This document shows, piece after piece, positions 59,010-64,000 of a DNA stretch of 64,000 nt (positions are counted from its first letter, which is position 1; each line of letters begins with the position of its first letter). The position numbers and the translations under genes are program-made. Source of the stretch: Candidatus Zambryskibacteria bacterium RIFOXYD1_FULL_40_13 (GTDB lineage Bacteria; Patescibacteriota; Minisyncoccia; Phycocordibacterales; DATDWN01); contig MHWY01000008.1 of the NCBI GenBank assembly GCA_001824295.1, positions 52,261 to 116,260 of the forward strand, written 5' to 3'. The notes under the pieces are model-generated. The model searched no databases, was not told the DNA's origin, and was given only the letters and a program-made list of their open reading frames with translations.

Positions 59010-60827
59010 ATGGGAATATTTGATTTTTTCAAAACAAAAAAAGAGGAACAGCGCGTCTCAACAATCCTTCCGCAGGAGATATATGACTCCAACTCCTTGG
59101 AATTGAAGGATATTATTGCTCCAAGTGCCCTAAAGATAACACCGAAAGAAATAAACTTGGGGGAAAAGGTTCTAAGAAGTTTCTTTGTTATCTCTTACCC
59201 GAGATATCTGAGCGAAAACTGGTTTGCCCCAATAATTAATCTAGACAAGGTGTTTGATGTTTCTATCTTTATTTCACCCATAGAAACAGCCCAGGTTCTC
59301 AAGACATTTCAAAAGAAAGTTGCGGAGGTACAAAGCCAGATAAACACCCGCGAAGCCAAGGGTTTGGTCAGAAATCCAATGCTTGATACCGCCTACCAAG
59401 ACCTAGAGAATCTCCGAGACCAACTGCAACAAGCTCAAGAAAAGCTTTTTGATGTTGGACTATATATCACAATATATGCCGAATCAAGTGATGCTTTAGA
59501 CAAAATCGAGTCAGAAATTAAGTCAATACTTGAATCAAAAATGGTTTATGTTAAACCAGCATTATTTCAGCAGGAGCAAGGATTCAAAACAACCATACCT
59601 CTCGGCACAGATACTTTGGAAGTTAAAAGCAAACTAAACTCATCTCCACTATCATCTCTCTTTCCTTTCGTCTCCTTTGACCTGACCTCTGACAAGGGAA
59701 TTCTATATGGAATAAACAGGCACAACTCTTCTCTTATTTTATTTGATAGATTCTCTTTGGAAAACTACAACTCTATAACTTTTGCAAAATCTGGTTCTGG
59801 AAAATCCTTCATGACAAAGCTAGAAATACTTCGTACTCTTATGTTTGATGCAGATGTTTTAGTTATAGACCCAGAGAATGAATACGAATACTTGGCCGAG
59901 GCTGTTGGTGGAAGATATTTTAATATTTCTCTAAACTCAGAACACCACATCAATCCATTTGAGCTGTCAGCTCCAGGAGAAGGGGAGTCATTTGCTAGTG
60001 TTTTGCGCTCAAACATAATCAACCTAGTTGGTTTGTTCCGTATTATGATGAACGGACTAACCCCAGAGGAAGACGCTATTATTGACCGCGCAATAACAGA
60101 GACATACGCACTGAAAGATATAACCGCCGACTCAAACTTTGAAAACGCAGAACCACCACTTATGTCTGACTTTGAACTTGTCCTCTCTGGTATGGAAGGC
60201 GGAGACTCACTAGCTCAACGCCTAACAAAATACACCAAGGGAACATGGGCTGGTTTTATTAATAGGCCAAGTAACGTAGATATAAACCAAAAATTCATCG
60301 TATTTTGTATACGTGATATGGAGGACGAGCTCAAACCGATAGCCATGTATATTATCATGCACTATATATGGAACATGATACGAAAGAAACTGAAAAAGAG
60401 ACTGCTTGTTATTGATGAGGCGTGGTTTATGATGAAATCAGATGATACCGCATCTTTCCTCTTGTCCCTAGCAAAGAGAGGAAGAAAATACTATCTCGGC
60501 CTTGCAACTATTACCCAAGATGTGGATGACTTCCTGAAATCTCCATATGGCCTACCCATTATCACCAACTCCTCTATTCAAATACTGCTAAAACAATCTG
60601 CAAGTACGGTAGATAAACTCCAAACAACATTCAACCTAACTGACGAAGAAAAGTACTTACTACTAGAGTCCGATGTGGGTGAGGGAATATTCTTTGCTGG
60701 TTTAAAACATGTTGCGATAAAAGTTATAGCATCCTACACCGAGGAACAAATCATCACCTCCGACCCATCACAGGTTTTGGCAATCAAGGCGGCAAAAAGA
60801 GACCTTGAAAACAGTGCTCAGCAATAA
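59010..60827 (+). CDS. VirB4/TrbE/PrgJ-family type IV secretion ATPase
   Basis: 605 aa; Walker A AKSGSGKSFMTK; Walker B LLVIDEAWFMM; CagE/TrbE/VirB N-terminal region (FFVISYPRYLSENWFAPIINLD). Confidence 0.8.
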   Translation: MGIFDFFKTKKEEQRVSTILPQEIYDSNSLELKDIIAPSALKITPKEINLGEKVLRSFFVISYPRYLSENWFAPIINLDKVFDVSIFISPIETAQVLKTFQKKVAEVQSQINTREAKGLVRNPMLDTAYQDLENLRDQLQQAQEKLFDVGLYITIYAESSDALDKIESEIKSILESKMVYVKPALFQQEQGFKTTIPLGTDTLEVKSKLNSSPLSSLFPFVSFDLTSDKGILYGINRHNSSLILFDRFSLENYNSITFAKSGSGKSFMTKLEILRTLMFDADVLVIDPENEYEYLAEAVGGRYFNISLNSEHHINPFELSAPGEGESFASVLRSNIINLVGLFRIMMNGLTPEEDAIIDRAITETYALKDITADSNFENAEPPLMSDFELVLSGMEGGDSLAQRLTKYTKGTWAGFINRPSNVDINQKFIVFCIRDMEDELKPIAMYIIMHYIWNMIRKKLKKRLLVIDEAWFMMKSDDTASFLLSLAKRGRKYYLGLATITQDVDDFLKSPYGLPIITNSSIQILLKQSASTVDKLQTTFNLTDEEKYLLLESDVGEGIFFAGLKHVAIKVIASYTEEQIITSDPSQVLAIKAAKRDLENSAQQ

Positions 60828-60848
60828 GATTCGTGCCAAAGTAATGTT

Positions 60849-61547
60849 ATGAAAGAAACACCTCAAACAAAAGGATTGCAGAGCATCCGAAATGATCTTG
60901 GTGACGTTCCTGGTGTCAAAAACTTTAATGATGTTCGGCGTGGAATAAAGGAATCAAGGGAAACAATAAGGCAGGCATCTGGTACAATAAAAAAGGAAGC
61001 TACCAAACAGATTTTAGACGGAGTTAATAGTGAAGGAACAAGAATTAGAAACGAATTTGAAACGTCTAGTGGAATACCTTTGACCGAGATTCAAAACAGA
61101 TTCAGTAAGGTTGGCAAGATGATGCAGGACTCAAAAGCAAGATTTGAAAAGAGAAACCGGGTGACAAAAACGACTATAGTATTAATGGTTACTGTGGCCC
61201 TAAGCTACGACACAGCTCAGTTTTTTTTAAACTGGCTTCCGTTTCTGGGCACAATATTAGCATCACTTGTTGGTATATATGCCTGGCTAACATTCTATGT
61301 GTGGACATCTATTAAGGGATGGGGGATGTCTGACTCAATTAACAAATTCATTGTTTCTAAGGTTCTTCCTTTTATAGGCTGTATTGGGGTTTTAAATGTC
61401 GGGCCAGAAATAACCGCGGGGGTAGTATTCACCATACTTATTGTTAAGTCGGAGGATTTCATTTATAACAAAACAAAAGGTAGGTTAGATGAAGCGGTAA
61501 TAATTGAGGGATCAAAAACTCTCAAGTATTTAAAAAAGTTGGTCTAG
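60849..61547 (+). CDS. Hypothetical membrane protein of T4SS-like cluster
   Basis: 232 aa; charged N-terminal half, 3-4 TM helices in the C-terminal half. Confidence 0.35.
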   Translation: MKETPQTKGLQSIRNDLGDVPGVKNFNDVRRGIKESRETIRQASGTIKKEATKQILDGVNSEGTRIRNEFETSSGIPLTEIQNRFSKVGKMMQDSKARFEKRNRVTKTTIVLMVTVALSYDTAQFFLNWLPFLGTILASLVGIYAWLTFYVWTSIKGWGMSDSINKFIVSKVLPFIGCIGVLNVGPEITAGVVFTILIVKSEDFIYNKTKGRLDEAVIIEGSKTLKYLKKLV

Positions 61548-61550
61548 GTT

Positions 61551-62618
61551 TTGGTTATAAACATTTTTGTGCTTGTGTATAAATGTATATTTAGAGCTTG
61601 TTCGTGTGTTACAATAAAACCAATGAGATATTCTGTCTATATTTTGTTTTTCTGTTTTTTGGGGTTTTTTGCTGTAGCAGATGCACAACTTAGTGCACTA
61701 CCCCAAACAGAAATAATCGCAACAATAACTCCAGAAAATCCAAAAGCAAATGAACTAGTATATGTTGCCCTTACCAGTTACGGAACAAACATAAACACGG
61801 CTAAAATAACTTGGGCGACAGATGGGAAAGTCCAGAAGTCTGGGATAGGTGAAAAGTCATTCACTTTCAAGGCTGGAGCACTCAACACAAGTACCATGCT
61901 GGAAATCACAATTGAAACCCAAGAGGGTGAAACTATAGAAAAAACCCTTAATATAAAGCCTGTTTTGGTAGATTTGATTTGGGAAAGTGATGGTGTAACG
62001 CCCCCTTTCTATAGAGGCAAGTCACTTTTCAGTCATCAAAACAAGCTAACCTTTATTGCCTTACCACACATAGCACCATCTGGAGGCGCGGAAATAAGTG
62101 CAAAAAACCTTGTATACAAATGGAAGAAAAACGGCTCTGTTGTTGACAGCGCATCTGGCTTTGGAAAAAACACCTATACTTTTGTTTCCTCTCTAATTTC
62201 AAGACCTGTTAAGGTTGAGGTAGAAGTGACAACAACAGACAGTTCGGGGTTTGGTTATGCTTCTTCGGATATGGCTCCAATAGAACCATTAGTTATTTTA
62301 TACAAAAAAGATCCAATATATGGTCTTGAGCTACAAAAAATCCTACAGAACACACTTACTCTCACCGATTCAAAAGAGATAATGGTAGTTGGTGTGCCTT
62401 TGTTTTTTAACAAAACAAATTTTGATAGAAACGAGCTAACTTACAAATGGTCAATAAATGGCATTACCATAGAGAATGAGTCATATCAGTCTACCCAAGT
62501 CTTCAGACAGAAGGAGGGTGTAGCAGGAACATCAAGGATTGGTCTTTCAATTGAAAACCCCAGTAAAATATTGCAGTACTCAACAACTGCCTTCAATTTG
62601 ATGTTTAATAACAATTAA
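61551..62618 (+). CDS. Hypothetical secreted protein (Ig-like repeats); probable start at internal Met ~61624
   Basis: Signal peptide MRYSVYILFFCFLGFFAVADA after an internal Met; repeated beta-rich segments. Confidence 0.35.
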   Translation: MVINIFVLVYKCIFRACSCVTIKPMRYSVYILFFCFLGFFAVADAQLSALPQTEIIATITPENPKANELVYVALTSYGTNINTAKITWATDGKVQKSGIGEKSFTFKAGALNTSTMLEITIETQEGETIEKTLNIKPVLVDLIWESDGVTPPFYRGKSLFSHQNKLTFIALPHIAPSGGAEISAKNLVYKWKKNGSVVDSASGFGKNTYTFVSSLISRPVKVEVEVTTTDSSGFGYASSDMAPIEPLVILYKKDPIYGLELQKILQNTLTLTDSKEIMVVGVPLFFNKTNFDRNELTYKWSINGITIENESYQSTQVFRQKEGVAGTSRIGLSIENPSKILQYSTTAFNLMFNNN

Positions 62619-62622
62619 TTAT

Positions 62623-63513
62623 ATGAAGAAGCTACTACTTTCAATTACCTACTTAACAATGCTTTCGTTTTTTATTTTTCCTGTGTTTTCTACTGTCTAT
62701 GCCCAAACACAGACTGAGGTAAAAGAGTATGCAGTGCTTGCTCCACTACCAGGTATAACTGACGAAGGTTGTGTTGGAGATGCCTGCAAAACAACCCTTG
62801 AAAGATACCTCCCAAACATGTTTAACTTAATGGTTGGAATAGCAGTCACCCTGGCTTTTATTATGATTGCCTGGGGAGGGTTTACATACGCAACCTCTGA
62901 TGCACTAATGGAAAAGCAGGATGGTAAGGGTCATATAGAAAGCGGAATATATGGTCTGCTTATCGTAATTGGCGCTTGGCTAATATTGTATACAATTAAT
63001 CCACAAATTCTTAACTTTGATTTAATTATAGCTAGACCAGATATTAAGGCCGGGGTTCCAACAGTGACTGCCGGAGTGCCAATGAAAGCGGAGGAAATTG
63101 CAGAAAGCAAAAAAATCCAGTCGGAACTGGCGGGGAAAGGGGTTTATGCATACAAAGGACCATGTGAACAGGGCCAAACAACCCAATGTGTAAATCTAAA
63201 TGGCCTACCACAAAACGCCATTTCTGGTTTACTTGGAACAAAGAAGGCTTGTGGTGATTGCAGTATTGTTATAACCGGTGGAACAGAGGGTGGACACGCC
63301 ACCCATGGTGCTGGGGCACCTGTAGTTGATTTAAGACCTGGTGGTGGTTTAAATGCTTACTTGAAAGTAAATAACCCCGTTGATGGAACAAAGATATTTA
63401 CTTCTCCAAACGGCGCAATTAAAGGCCCGCGTGCAACATATGTATATGAAACCGCCGGAGGAAACAGTCAAGGAACATCGACTGGTGCTCATTGGCATGT
63501 AATATATCAATAA
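62623..63513 (+). CDS. Membrane protein with VirB2/TrbC-like two-helix region and C-terminal H...D / HxH metal-site-like motifs (possible cell-wall hydrolase)
   Basis: 296 aa; signal peptide; two TM helices (MVGIAVTLAFIMIAWGGF; GLLIVIGAWLILYTI); C-terminal GGHATHGAGAPVVDLR ... GAHWHV. Confidence 0.3.
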   Translation: MKKLLLSITYLTMLSFFIFPVFSTVYAQTQTEVKEYAVLAPLPGITDEGCVGDACKTTLERYLPNMFNLMVGIAVTLAFIMIAWGGFTYATSDALMEKQDGKGHIESGIYGLLIVIGAWLILYTINPQILNFDLIIARPDIKAGVPTVTAGVPMKAEEIAESKKIQSELAGKGVYAYKGPCEQGQTTQCVNLNGLPQNAISGLLGTKKACGDCSIVITGGTEGGHATHGAGAPVVDLRPGGGLNAYLKVNNPVDGTKIFTSPNGAIKGPRATYVYETAGGNSQGTSTGAHWHVIYQ

Positions 63514-63516
63514 AAT

Positions 63517-64000
63517 GTCAAAAAAACTTTTTATAATCATACTTTCTATTGTTTTGGGATTATTCCTTACTAGTCTGGTTGGCTACTACTTTATTCTCCA
63601 AAGTAGTAACGCCACGGAACCAGGTGGAATAAGTAGCACGTTTAGAAATTTCTTTCCTTTTGGAAACAACACGAGCACAACAACAGAAATCGTGGAACCT
63701 ATTACAACAGAGCCAAACCAGTCAGGGCAACCACAGAACTACACTCAAAAATTACGAAAACTATCATCAGAACCAGTTGCAGGAGCTGGACTATTGGATG
63801 TTAAAGCAGGAACACTTGTCAGACACATAGAAAAAGCCACTGGTCATATATATGAAACGGAGCTTTTCTCACCAAACCAAAACCGTATTTCAAACACGAC
63901 CATACCACTCACTTATGATGCAATATGGGGCAACAAAAACAATGCTTTGGTTGCTAGATATTTGACAGAAGACAATAAAACAATAGAAACTTATGGGTTG
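63517..64000 (+). CDS. Hypothetical membrane-anchored protein (partial, runs off window end)
   Basis: ATG at 63517 (MSKKLFIIILSIVLGLFLTSLVGYYF...); open to the end of the window. Confidence 0.35.

Overview
This is a 64 kb AT-rich (~38-40% GC) bacterial chromosomal segment. The gene content points to a small-genome, Patescibacteria/CPR-like organism. Native genes generally lack Shine-Dalgarno sequences. A type IV pilus cluster (pilB, pilC, three pilin-like genes, PilX-like) lies next to core housekeeping genes: recJ, tpiA, nusA, hppA, tig, rsmE, clpP, rny, hup, cca, xth, rpsO, pnp, uvrD/pcrA-like, rsmA and comM/yifB-like. The right end (51.5-64 kb) is a Gram-positive-style type IV secretion/conjugation-like cluster. 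There the VirB4 ATPase is encoded as two ORFs separated by a small cassette. The cassette carries a 'four-helix-bundle' (23S-rRNA-IVS/Avd family) gene and is bounded by a repeated ~40-nt motif. Four tRNAs are present (Gly-UCC, Pro-UGG, Gly-GCC, Arg-UCG). tRNA-Pro is flanked by degenerate 5'-half and 3'-half tRNA fragments. Two convergent tRNAs are separated by a GC-rich structured spacer. Five small GC-rich (50-60% GC) ORFs are scattered through the window. Each has its own strong SD and hairpin terminator and they look horizontally acquired. One of them sits beside a ~2 kb GC-rich non-coding region (41.6-43.7 kb). That region holds two diverged copies of a ~200-nt structured RNA-like element with compensatory stem changes. 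Two copies of a ~110-nt 'ACGAAT'-rich palindromic element and a recurrent AACTTTATAAACTT-type upstream motif were also seen. No CRISPR arrays or rRNA genes were found.
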